A DNA stretch of 64,000 bases. Source: an uncultured Ruminococcus sp. GTDB taxonomy: Bacteria > Bacillota > Clostridia > Oscillospirales > Acutalibacteraceae. The notes under the pieces were generated by a model. The model did no database searches and was not told the DNA's origin. It saw only the letters and a program-made list of their open reading frames with translations. The stretch is from assembly GCF_902766885.1 (NCBI RefSeq), contig NZ_CACXFS010000036.1. One strand, given 5' to 3'. How positions within the stretch are numbered: position 1 is the stretch's first letter; the number at the start of each line of letters is the position of its first letter. Shown here piece after piece: positions 19,428 to 27,773 of the stretch. Made by a program: the position numbers and the translations under genes.

Positions 19428-20598
19428 TGTTTAACTCCTCTAAAAACTCTCTGATACGCTCAAGAGCAATTTTAAGATGCTTGAGTGAATAGGAATACGA
19501 AACTCGCACAAATCCCTCGCCGCTTTCTCCGAAGGCTGTTCCGGGAACAACTGCAACGTGCTTGTCCATAATCAGACGAGTACAGAATTCCTCTGATGTA
19601 AGTCCCGTACTTTTAATACAGGGGAAAACGTAAAATGCGCCCAAAGGCTCAAAGCACGAAAGTCCCATTTCATTAAAGCCGTCAACTACAAGTCTTCTTC
19701 TCATATCGTACTCGTCACGCATTTTGCACACGTCACGGTCACCGTTTCTGAGTGCTTCAATAGCGGCATACTGCGCTGTTGTCGGTGCAGACATTATTCC
19801 GTACTGGTGAAGCTTTGTCATCTGTGCAATTAACGGAGCAGGTCCGAGCGCATAGCCGAGCCTCCAGCCTGTCATAGCGTAGGATTTTGAAAAGCCGTTG
19901 ATGACAATTGTACGCTCGTACATATTGTCAAGTGACGCAATTGAAACATGGCTTTTTCCGCCGTATGTAAGTTCCGAATAAATTTCATCAGAGAGAACAA
20001 TCAGGTCGTGTTTGAGGACAACCTCTGCAATTTCTTCAAGGTCTTTCTTCTCCATAATTGCGCCTGTTGGGTTATTCGGAAAAGGCAGTACGAGAAGCTT
20101 GGATTTTGGTGTTATTGCAGCCTCAAGGTCTTTTGCCTTTAATCTGAAATTATCTTCATTTTTTGTCTTGATTATAACAGGAGTTCCGCCTGCCATTACA
20201 GCAAGAGGTTCGTAGCAGACAAAAGACGGCTCGGGGATAATAACCTCATCGCCTTGCTGAACAAGCGTTCTGAATGCAAGGTCAATAGCTTCACTTCCGC
20301 CTACGGTTACAAGGGTCTGCTTTTTTGCATCGTATGGAATACCGAATCTGCGTTCGTAATAGTTTGCTATTTCCTGTCTTAATTCCATAAAGCCTCTGTT
20401 CGGAGAATACCATGTTTTACCTTTTTCAAGGCTTTTTATACCCTCGTCACGAATGTGCCATGGCGTCTGGAAGTCAGGCTCGCCGATACTGAGCGAAATT
20501 ACGTCGTCCATTTCATTCGCAATATCAAAAAATTTGCGTATTCCCGACGGCTTAACGGTTTTTATGTGGTCGTTTAAATATTTATCGTAATCTATCAC
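19417..20598 (-). CDS. Class I/II PLP-dependent aminotransferase (AspC/AlaT-like)
   Basis: 393 aa with PLP-lysine motif GFSKSYAMTGWRLGY. The start overlaps the stop of the upstream Lrp-family gene (ATGA). Confidence 0.85.
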   Translation of the reverse strand: MIDYDKYLNDHIKTVKPSGIRKFFDIANEMDDVISLSIGEPDFQTPWHIRDEGIKSLEKGKTWYSPNRGFMELRQEIANYYERRFGIPYDAKKQTLVTVGGSEAIDLAFRTLVQQGDEVIIPEPSFVCYEPLAVMAGGTPVIIKTKNEDNFRLKAKDLEAAITPKSKLLVLPFPNNPTGAIMEKKDLEEIAEVVLKHDLIVLSDEIYSELTYGGKSHVSIASLDNMYERTIVINGFSKSYAMTGWRLGYALGPAPLIAQMTKLHQYGIMSAPTTAQYAAIEALRNGDRDVCKMRDEYDMRRRLVVDGFNEMGLSCFEPLGAFYVFPCIKSTGLTSEEFCTRLIMDKHVAVVPGTAFGESGEGFVRVSYSYSLKHLKIALERIREFLEELNNGS

Positions 20599-21077
20599 AG
20601 GATTAAATTCCTCCCGTCGGTGCGATCACCAAAGTCAATAAGGTTCATTCCTCTGTCTTTGTAGCGGCGCATAATAAAGTGTGTGCCTGTTGAAAGCACT
20701 CCGTCAATTGTTGAAAGCTTTTTTGCAACAAACATAGCAATGTCCTGCATTGTTTCGCCCCTTACAATAAGTGCAAAGTCATACGCTCCCGCCATAAGAT
20801 AAACCGATTCAACTTCTTCAAAAGCCATGCAGCGCTCTGCCATTTCGTCAAAGCCTGTTTCTTTTTTAGGGGTTACTTTCAGCTCTATCAGCGCTTCTAC
20901 ATCACCGTCGTCAAGCTCGTCACGGTTAACAACAGCCTGATAACCCTTGATGATTCCCTTGTTTTCATACTCTTTAATCTGCGCCTTTATGTAATCCTCG
21001 GGTTCACCGAGCATTGTTGCTATTTCACCGGTTGTAAATCCGGAATTTGTGCTTAAAAGCTGTAACAGTTTATCCAT
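20595..21077 (-). CDS. Lrp/AsnC family transcriptional regulator
   Basis: 160 aa with an N-terminal HTH (TTGEIATMLGEPEDYIKAQI) and a C-terminal RAM/AsnC-type ligand domain. Confidence 0.8.
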   Translation of the reverse strand: MDKLLQLLSTNSGFTTGEIATMLGEPEDYIKAQIKEYENKGIIKGYQAVVNRDELDDGDVEALIELKVTPKKETGFDEMAERCMAFEEVESVYLMAGAYDFALIVRGETMQDIAMFVAKKLSTIDGVLSTGTHFIMRRYKDRGMNLIDFGDRTDGRNLIL

Positions 21078-21105
21078 AATTATTCCTCCTGTTATTTTTG
21101 TTTAA

Positions 21106-21132
21106 GGCAATACCGCATTGTGCGGTGTTGCC
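21106..21132. repeat. 12-bp-stem hairpin (GGCAATACCGCA-TTG-TGCGGTGTTGCC) abutting the stop codon of ORF 21137-21613
   Basis: Read directly. Its right arm plus flank (21117-21136, attgtgcggtgttgccctaa) is identical over 20 nt to 47688-47707. Confidence 0.6.
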
Positions 21133-21136
21133 CTAA

Positions 21137-21613
21137 TTATACCGCCTGAATTGCAAGCTTGTCAACTGTATTAATCAGATTCGTGCAGATTGAAGTTGCA
21201 ACACAGTAAAGCTCATCACTATTATCTGCGATATTTAGTTCGATATAGTCTGCGTGCTTTGACTGCGATGCAATCAGAGAATTGTCAACGTCAATTATGC
21301 TGAAATTTCCCTTTGTAATTTCACCGTTGATGTGCCAGTTATTGCCGTAGTAATACCCGATTATTCCGTTTGATGAAATAATCATAACAAAGGTAATGTG
21401 GTGCTTACCTGCTTTCAAGGCAAAGGTGTGAGTGCCTACAATCGGGATTTTGCGGATTTTCAGCACAGCTTTGTCTGCTTTATCCGAAACTATTAATTTT
21501 GAAACAGACTTACTCCCCGTAAAAGATGCATAATACTTTTCATTCCCGTACTCGTCAAAAACCGTAAAACAGGACTTGTCGGGAGAAGTGTTGCGTTTAA
21601 TAAAAAGTTTCAT
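21137..21613 (-). CDS. Hypothetical protein, possibly LURP-one/tubby-C-like (YxjI-type) fold
   Basis: 158-aa ORF with a beta-rich repetitive pattern. The family guess comes only from general resemblance. Confidence refers to the gene being real, not to the family. Confidence 0.5.
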   Translation of the reverse strand: MKLFIKRNTSPDKSCFTVFDEYGNEKYYASFTGSKSVSKLIVSDKADKAVLKIRKIPIVGTHTFALKAGKHHITFVMIISSNGIIGYYYGNNWHINGEITKGNFSIIDVDNSLIASQSKHADYIELNIADNSDELYCVATSICTNLINTVDKLAIQAV

Positions 21614-21655
21614 ACAATCACCGCTGTAATTATCTGTTGACTTATAAAAATTAAT

Positions 21656-23590
21656 TTATGCGTTTTCAAGCTCATCAAGCCACGCTTTTACAGACGCATC
21701 GCTCGGCATTCTCCAGTCGGAACGAGGCGACAGAGTAACAGAACCGACCTTTGGTCCGTCGGGCAGGCATGAGCGCTTGAACTGCTGACTGAAAAATCTC
21801 TTTATGAACACAGTGAGCCATTTTTTGATTGTTTCTTCGCTGTATTTATCCTTAAAGGAGAGTTTTGCCATATAATATATTTTACTCGGAGCGTAACCGA
21901 AACGTACCAGATAATAAAGGAAAAAGTCGTGAAGCTCATACGGACCTACAACGTCCTCGGTTTTCTGCACAATCTCACCGTTTTTATCGGGCGGCAAAAG
22001 TTCGGGACTAACAGGAGTGTCGAGAACATCAAGCAAAACATTCTTTAGTGTTCCGTCAGATTTCTGTGCTTCGTAAGCAGTCAGGTAACGCACAAGAGTT
22101 TTAGGGATTGACGCATTAACTGCATACATACTCATATGGTCGCCGTTGTAGGTTGCCCAGCCGAGAGCAAGCTCGGAAAGGTCTCCCGTTCCGATTACAA
22201 GACCGTTGTACTTGTTTGACAAATCCATAAGAATCTGTGTGCGCTCACGAGCCTGTGAATTCTCATAGGTTATATTTGTAACACTTTCATCGTGTCCGAT
22301 GTCGGAAAAATGCTGACGGACAGCAAGAGTGATATTGATTTCTTCAAAGGAAACACCGTATGCCTCAGCAAGTTTTTCTGCATTTGACTTGGTGCGCTTT
22401 GTTGTGCCAAAGCAAGGCATAGTTACGGTATGAATATTCTTTCTGTCGAGCGAGAGCATATCAAAAGCGTGAACGCAGACGATTAGTGCAAGGGTGCTGT
22501 CAAGTCCGCCCGATAAACCTAAAACAACGTTCTGAATACCCGTATGTGCAAGACGTGTTGCAAGACCTGTTGCCTGAATTGTGAGGATTTCCTCACAACG
22601 GTTTTCGAGGTCGCTCTTATCCGACGGAACAAAAGGAGTACAAGGAAAAGTTCTTGATAATTTTGTATCACGCTTTTTTATTTCAAAATCCTTTTCGGAA
22701 TAGTATCGTGAATTACAGTCAGGTATATAGTCGATATATGTGTTTGTCCTTCTGCGTTCGCTCATAAGGCGTTCGACGTCAATGTCGGCATAGGTTATTC
22801 CGTTATTAAAGCGACAGCTTTCAGATACTATTGTTCCGTTTTCGGCAATTATATTCTGCGCCGAAAAAACCATATCTGTTGTGCTTTCGCCGAAACCTGC
22901 GTCACAATAGACATAGCCGCAGCAGAGCTTTGCACTCTGCATTTTTACAAGGTCACGGCGGTACTGTGCTTTACCGATTAAATCATCGGAACAAGAGAGA
23001 TTACATATAATAGCTGCTCCGCTCTGTGCAAGTCTTATTGACGGTGACTCGGCTACCCACAAATCTTCACAGATTTCAACCCCGATAGTAAAATCATCCA
23101 TACCCAAGCAACGGAATATTTGCTTTGATGATATTAAAACATCATCTTCACCGGCGTAAGTTACTGATTCAACTGTATTTTTGCCGCTTGTAAAATGTCT
23201 TACCTCGTAAAATTCACTGTAATTAGGAATATTCACCTTTGGTACTGCCCCGAGGATTTCGCCCCTGCAGATTACAACACCGCAGTTATAAAGCGATTGC
23301 TTTACCGCTATTGGAACTCCTACAACAAATACTATGTCGAGGTCTTTCGTTTCATTTTTTATCTTCAAAACGGCTTTTTCAGCCGCTTTAAGCAATGTAC
23401 TTTGTAAAAACAAGTCCGAGCAGGTGTAGCCTGTTACACAAAGCTCAGGAAAAACCAAAAGCGACGCTCCGTTCTGATATGCCTCTTTAACGCATGCGAT
23501 GATCTGATTTGCGTTATAATCACAATCTGCTACTCTGATTTTTGGCGTTGCCGCCGCTGTTTTTACAAACCCGTATTTCAAATCTATCAT
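21656..23590 (-). CDS. nadE: Glutamine-dependent NAD+ synthetase (CN-hydrolase domain plus NAD synthase domain)
   Basis: 644 aa. N-terminal nitrilase-like domain (FPELCVTGY, EICEDLW) and PP-loop GLSGGLDSTL. Confidence 0.92.
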   Translation of the reverse strand: MIDLKYGFVKTAAATPKIRVADCDYNANQIIACVKEAYQNGASLLVFPELCVTGYTCSDLFLQSTLLKAAEKAVLKIKNETKDLDIVFVVGVPIAVKQSLYNCGVVICRGEILGAVPKVNIPNYSEFYEVRHFTSGKNTVESVTYAGEDDVLISSKQIFRCLGMDDFTIGVEICEDLWVAESPSIRLAQSGAAIICNLSCSDDLIGKAQYRRDLVKMQSAKLCCGYVYCDAGFGESTTDMVFSAQNIIAENGTIVSESCRFNNGITYADIDVERLMSERRRTNTYIDYIPDCNSRYYSEKDFEIKKRDTKLSRTFPCTPFVPSDKSDLENRCEEILTIQATGLATRLAHTGIQNVVLGLSGGLDSTLALIVCVHAFDMLSLDRKNIHTVTMPCFGTTKRTKSNAEKLAEAYGVSFEEINITLAVRQHFSDIGHDESVTNITYENSQARERTQILMDLSNKYNGLVIGTGDLSELALGWATYNGDHMSMYAVNASIPKTLVRYLTAYEAQKSDGTLKNVLLDVLDTPVSPELLPPDKNGEIVQKTEDVVGPYELHDFFLYYLVRFGYAPSKIYYMAKLSFKDKYSEETIKKWLTVFIKRFFSQQFKRSCLPDGPKVGSVTLSPRSDWRMPSDASVKAWLDELENA

Positions 23591-23665
23591 TCCTTATACA
23601 AAAATATCCATAGAAAATTACATTCCTATGGATATTATACCTCATTTTTCAATATTATACAAGCA

Positions 23666-25129
23666 CTACAGCAGTGTTCTTGTAAGACGTTTTCTGTGGA
23701 AAAGATACTGTGTTTCAAGCATAGGCTCGAATTTTGCAATGTAACAGCTCATATATCCCATCATCAACCAAAACCACATAACCATAAAGGAAATGTCATA
23801 CAAGAGGGCTTTCTCAAACATTGCATAAATAAGATATGCAAACAGGAAAGCAAACAGACAGGGATAAACGTCGTTGCGGAAGGTCTTTTTCTGCAAAAAC
23901 AAGTGCTGTGCAGAATGCTTTGCAAAGCGGAATCCGAAGATACCGAACAGCAGAAATCCTATTATTCCCGTTGAAACGAGAATCGTAAGATATCCGTTGT
24001 GCAAATCGCTTTGGTGGTAGGAATAGTTGAGAACTCCGTTTGAATATTCCTCACTGTAAAAGACTATATTTCCGTTTGAAATACCAATAATAGGAGATAT
24101 TTTGAACAGATTAATTGACTCTTTCCATAGCTTGAAACGTCCGCTGTCAATGTTTTTGTTTTCGTGGCCGAAGGTAACGTCTTTTTTCCCTTCTGTTGTA
24201 TTATTTTCCGTTGATGATATTCCCGAAGTTATATCATTGTCGCCCATAATTACGCTGATAATTGAATTTGTTTTTGATAGGACAACGGAAAAACCAGTCT
24301 GACAAATCGTTCTCAGCATAAGTGCCGAAGAAACAAGAAATGCACCGACAACTACAAGAGCAATTATTTTGAATATTATTTTTGACGCTGACAAGCCTGT
24401 TTTGTCTGCAAAGAAAATGTATATTATATATACTATTGCATATGCAAGGATTAAAACCAAAGACGCATTTGAGTCGCAAAGGATAAGTGAAAACAGGTTT
24501 GTTGCCACGCAGGTGAAAATCCAGATTTTACTCACTCTCGGCTGTTTTACGGACTTCATCAATTTTTCTTTATAGAGCATATGACAGCAGACTATTGACA
24601 CAACTGAAACAAAGCCCAAAAGATTAGGATTGACGTAAACGCCCGTAAAGCGATTTTCATAAATTGTAAATTTAATCCAGTACCACTCAAACGTGATACC
24701 GAACATAAGGCAGATAATTCCGATAATATTTGCAACTGTTGTGACATAAACTATAAATCTTGCAATTGAATAAAGCTCGCTTCTGAAATCAAAATCAGGC
24801 TCGGTATGCATTCCGTAAAAAACAAAAAAACATACTAAAACATGAAGAAGCATTATAAGGCTGTAGAGAATTGTTGCCGAGAAATTTATGATAATTGATA
24901 ATAAAGAGAAAATCAGAAAAGCTCCTATCCAAAGTCCGAAACGGAGTTTGAAAAAAGTTTTGTTGACACGCTGATTATAAATTGCAAGTCCTACTCCCCA
25001 TATAAACAGGAAAACAAGCAAAACGTATGCGGGAATCTGGAGAAATGCAATATTGCAGAAGAATAAATCAGCTATGTAGAGTTTTCTGAAAAGAGAAGAA
25101 TCCTTTAACTTTTCTTTAACAGCAATCAT
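23666..25129 (-). CDS. O-antigen ligase/polymerase (Wzy_C)-like polytopic membrane protein
   Basis: 487 aa with at least 10 TM helices and one large loop. It lies adjacent to a priming sugar transferase. The family assignment rests on topology and context. Confidence 0.5.
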   Translation of the reverse strand: MIAVKEKLKDSSLFRKLYIADLFFCNIAFLQIPAYVLLVFLFIWGVGLAIYNQRVNKTFFKLRFGLWIGAFLIFSLLSIIINFSATILYSLIMLLHVLVCFFVFYGMHTEPDFDFRSELYSIARFIVYVTTVANIIGIICLMFGITFEWYWIKFTIYENRFTGVYVNPNLLGFVSVVSIVCCHMLYKEKLMKSVKQPRVSKIWIFTCVATNLFSLILCDSNASLVLILAYAIVYIIYIFFADKTGLSASKIIFKIIALVVVGAFLVSSALMLRTICQTGFSVVLSKTNSIISVIMGDNDITSGISSTENNTTEGKKDVTFGHENKNIDSGRFKLWKESINLFKISPIIGISNGNIVFYSEEYSNGVLNYSYHQSDLHNGYLTILVSTGIIGFLLFGIFGFRFAKHSAQHLFLQKKTFRNDVYPCLFAFLFAYLIYAMFEKALLYDISFMVMWFWLMMGYMSCYIAKFEPMLETQYLFHRKRLTRTLL

Positions 25130-25143
25130 TTTTATACCTCATA

Positions 25144-25827
25144 TCAGCAGAAAACCTCTTTGACGGTTTTTAACATAAGCTTTAAATCAGAACGAAATCC
25201 GAAATTCTCGGTATACTGTAAATTATATTTCATCTTTTCGGGAAGTATTTTTTCAATATAAACCTTGTCAACATCCTGCTCTGATCTTAAAAGCTTTTCC
25301 TCGTCCTTATACATAATAGACGCAAGCGAGGTTATTCCGGCAGGAATAAGGAGTGTTGCAAGGTATTCGGGTTTGTATTGCTCAACATACTTTGGTACTT
25401 CGGGACGTGTTCCTACAACGGACATACTGCCCGAAAGCACATTGAAAATCTGCGGAAGCTCATCAAGACGGTATTTTCTTAAAAATCTGCCTACCTTTGT
25501 CACCCTTGAATCGCTGTCGGTAGTAACAAGCGAGCCGATTTTATCGGCATTTTCAACCATTGTGCGAAATTTGAGAATTTTAAAATGTCTGCCGTAGGTT
25601 GTAACACGCACCTGTCTGTAAAAGACGGGTCCTTTTGAGGTTACTTTGACTGCGACGGCAATAATTATAATAGGAATAATCAGAATAACAAGCAGTATTA
25701 CGGAGAAAATCAAATCCGTAATGCGCTTTAAAACAAGACTTCCTGTTTTTTTACACAGAATATCATAATAATATTTTACTTCCTCACACTGAAACTGCTT
25801 TGGAAGTTTATCAAATGATTTCATGCC
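25144..25827 (-). CDS. Undecaprenyl-phosphate sugar phosphotransferase (bacterial sugar transferase family)
   Basis: Single N-terminal TM followed by RLDELPQIFNVLSGSMSVVGTRPE, the hallmark of the family. The start is taken at MKSFDKLPK. Confidence 0.88.
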   Translation of the reverse strand, partial: GMKSFDKLPKQFQCEEVKYYYDILCKKTGSLVLKRITDLIFSVILLVILIIPIIIIAVAVKVTSKGPVFYRQVRVTTYGRHFKILKFRTMVENADKIGSLVTTDSDSRVTKVGRFLRKYRLDELPQIFNVLSGSMSVVGTRPEVPKYVEQYKPEYLATLLIPAGITSLASIMYKDEEKLLRSEQDVDKVYIEKILPEKMKYNLQYTENFGFRSDLKLMLKTVKEVFC

Positions 25828-25936
25828 ATATCTCCTTATAATAAGCATAAATATTGCATTTTACTATGATATTATATATCTTTTTAAAATCTATTTCAAT
25901 TATTATTTCAAAATCTTAATAATTTACGGCATAACG

Positions 25937-25968
25937 TAAAAACCGACGGTATGCAGCCGTCGGTTTTT
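25937..25968. terminator. Bidirectional hairpin terminator
   Basis: aaaaaccgacgg-tatgcag-ccgtcggttttt. Confidence 0.6.
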
Positions 25969-26145
25969 AGGTAATTTTATGGAGTAATCAAGCACATAGA
26001 AAGGAAGTTGTCAGTTAATTAATGTAAGATAATCTTTATCTTGTCTATACTATACCACAGTCTTTGTTTATTGTCAACACTTTTTTTAAACTTTTTTTAA
26101 AAATAATATGTTAATTATTTAATTATTTATAAATCACTAAACCTC

Positions 26146-26174
26146 TTGACTAAATGCTTAAAAAAATGTAAAAT
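26146..26174 (+). promoter_or_regulatory. Candidate sigma-A promoter (TTGACT-17 nt-TAAAAT)
   Basis: ttgact aaatgcttaaaaaaatg taaaat, about 25 nt upstream of the DUF1292 gene start. Confidence 0.5.
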
Positions 26175-26197
26175 TAAATCAGCAAGGAGGAATAACA

Positions 26198-26494
26198 ATG
26201 AGCAACGAATACAATCCCGACCTTGTCACTTTAATCAGTGACGAAGGAGAAGAAATTGAATTTGAAATCCTTGATATAATTGAAAACGATGAAGGAAAAT
26301 TCTATGTACTCTACCCCTACTATGCCGATCCTGCTGACGCAGTGAACGACCCCGGCGAGTATTATATTTTTGAAGTTCAGGAAATTGACGGTGAAGAAGA
26401 ACTTGCTGAAATTGAAGACGATGAAAAGCTCGACAGAATTGCCGCAATATTTGAAGAAGAATATAACAAAGAACTTTTTGATGAGGATGAGTAA
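26198..26494 (+). CDS. DUF1292 (UPF0473) family acidic small protein
   Basis: 98 aa, strongly acidic. The pattern ITLISDEGEEIEFEILD..DEGKFYVL is typical of the family. AAGGAGG lies 8 nt upstream. Confidence 0.7.
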   Translation: MSNEYNPDLVTLISDEGEEIEFEILDIIENDEGKFYVLYPYYADPADAVNDPGEYYIFEVQEIDGEEELAEIEDDEKLDRIAAIFEEEYNKELFDEDE

Positions 26495-26552
26495 TTTTTT
26501 AATTCTTTTAACATAATATAATATTAGGATTTTAATTGACTTTAGTCTTTTT

Positions 26553-26736
26553 TCCTGCCCGATTCGCGAATGATTTTAAAATAACCCTACAACTCTTAAA
26601 TCGGGAGCTTGGCTCTTTAAGCGGTGTGCAGACCTCCCGTGTTCGGAAGAAGGGAGCCTGAAGCTTAAAGGCGGGCACCCACCTGCTTTTTCGTAGGCAG
26701 GTTATTATTTAAATCATACGGTCGGGCGGGATTTTT
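26553..26736 (+). ncRNA. ssrS: 6S RNA-like structured ncRNA (~184 nt)
   Basis: Hand folding gives a ~30-bp closing helix (5' UCCUGCCCGAUU..AUGAUUU..AAUAACC pairs with 3' GGUUAUU..AAAUCAU..GGUCGGGCGGGA). Inside it is a large internal bubble whose 3' side carries a small hairpin (CCUGC-UUUUUCGUAG-GCAGG). A long terminal helix follows (CUUUAAGC/GCUUAAAG, CUCCC/GGGAG), then a U-tract. There is no ORF. Confidence 0.55.
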
Positions 26737-26795
26737 ATTGTTTATAATTTTCCAATTTTTTCTATATATCTATTAAAAAACAGGAGTAAAAATAT

Positions 26796-27758
26796 ATGAA
26801 TGTTTCAGTTCTCGGATGCGGCAGATGGGGCAGCTGCATTGCATGGTATCTCGATAAAATCGGTCATGACGTGCTTTCCTGCGGTCTTGCCGACGCCCCT
26901 GAGTTTATTCAGCTGAAAAAAACTCACAAAAACGACTACCTTACTTTTCCCGATTCCATTGAAGTTTCTTCGGATTTGGAAAAAGCTGTAAGCAGAGCAG
27001 AAGTGATTGTTATTTCAATTTCTTCCCAGTATCTGCGTTCTTATTTTGAGGATATTTCAAAGTATAACCTTGACAATAAAATTATTGTGCTTTGTATGAA
27101 AGGCGTTGAAGCAACAACAGGAAAACGCCTCAGCGAGGTTGTCGGGGATTTTGTTGATGAAAGCAAAACTCCGATTGCTGTCTGGGTAGGTCCGGGACAC
27201 CCGCAGGATTACGTTAAGGGTATTCCGAACTGCATGGTAATCGACAGCAAAAATCAGGCTGTTAAGGAAAAACTTGTCAATGAGTTTACAAGCGAGCTTA
27301 TTCGTTTTTATCTTGGCACTGACTTAATCGGAAGCGAAATCGGAGCTGCGGCTAAAAATGTAATCGGAATTGCCGCAGGTATGCTTGACGGTCTTAACTA
27401 CACGTCCCTTAAAGGCGCACTTATGGCACGAGGCACAAGGGAAATTGCAAGACTTATAAAAGCACTTGGCGGAAACGAAATGAGTGCATACGGACTTTGC
27501 CATCTCGGAGATTATGAGGCTACGCTGTTCTCCCCTTGGAGCCATAACAGGAAATACGGTGAGGACCTTGTAAAGGGCATTAAGTTTGAAAAACTTGCCG
27601 AGGGCGTTATGACGTCAAAGGCTTTGTATAAGCTGGGCTGTGACTACGGAGTTGAACTTCCTATTGTTGAGAGCGTATATAACGTTCTGTTCAATAATGT
27701 TGACGCAAAAGAAGCTTTGGGAAAGCTATTTGTGCGCTCGGTAAAAAAGGAATTTTAA
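26796..27758 (+). CDS. gpsA: NAD(P)H-dependent glycerol-3-phosphate dehydrogenase
   Basis: 320 aa with Rossmann motif VLGCGRWGSCIAWYL and GAAAKNVIGIAAGM. Confidence 0.85.
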   Translation: MNVSVLGCGRWGSCIAWYLDKIGHDVLSCGLADAPEFIQLKKTHKNDYLTFPDSIEVSSDLEKAVSRAEVIVISISSQYLRSYFEDISKYNLDNKIIVLCMKGVEATTGKRLSEVVGDFVDESKTPIAVWVGPGHPQDYVKGIPNCMVIDSKNQAVKEKLVNEFTSELIRFYLGTDLIGSEIGAAAKNVIGIAAGMLDGLNYTSLKGALMARGTREIARLIKALGGNEMSAYGLCHLGDYEATLFSPWSHNRKYGEDLVKGIKFEKLAEGVMTSKALYKLGCDYGVELPIVESVYNVLFNNVDAKEALGKLFVRSVKKEF

Positions 27759-27773
27759 CAGGCGGATATGATT

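Noticed and set aside
23591-23665. Possible attenuator in the nadE leader (hairpin atatccatag...ctatggatat plus T run)
   Set aside because: It is most simply the terminator of the upstream O-antigen-ligase-like gene. No alternative antiterminator pairing or known NAD-related motif was seen.
26553-26736. SRP (4.5S/scRNA) identity for the structured RNA
   Set aside because: The apical region reads CUCCC-GUGUUCGGAAGAA-GGGAG. It lacks the conserved SRP domain IV symmetric/asymmetric loops and GNRA-closed helix (GGUCCGGAAGGAAGCAGC-like). The rod-with-central-bubble shape fits 6S better.
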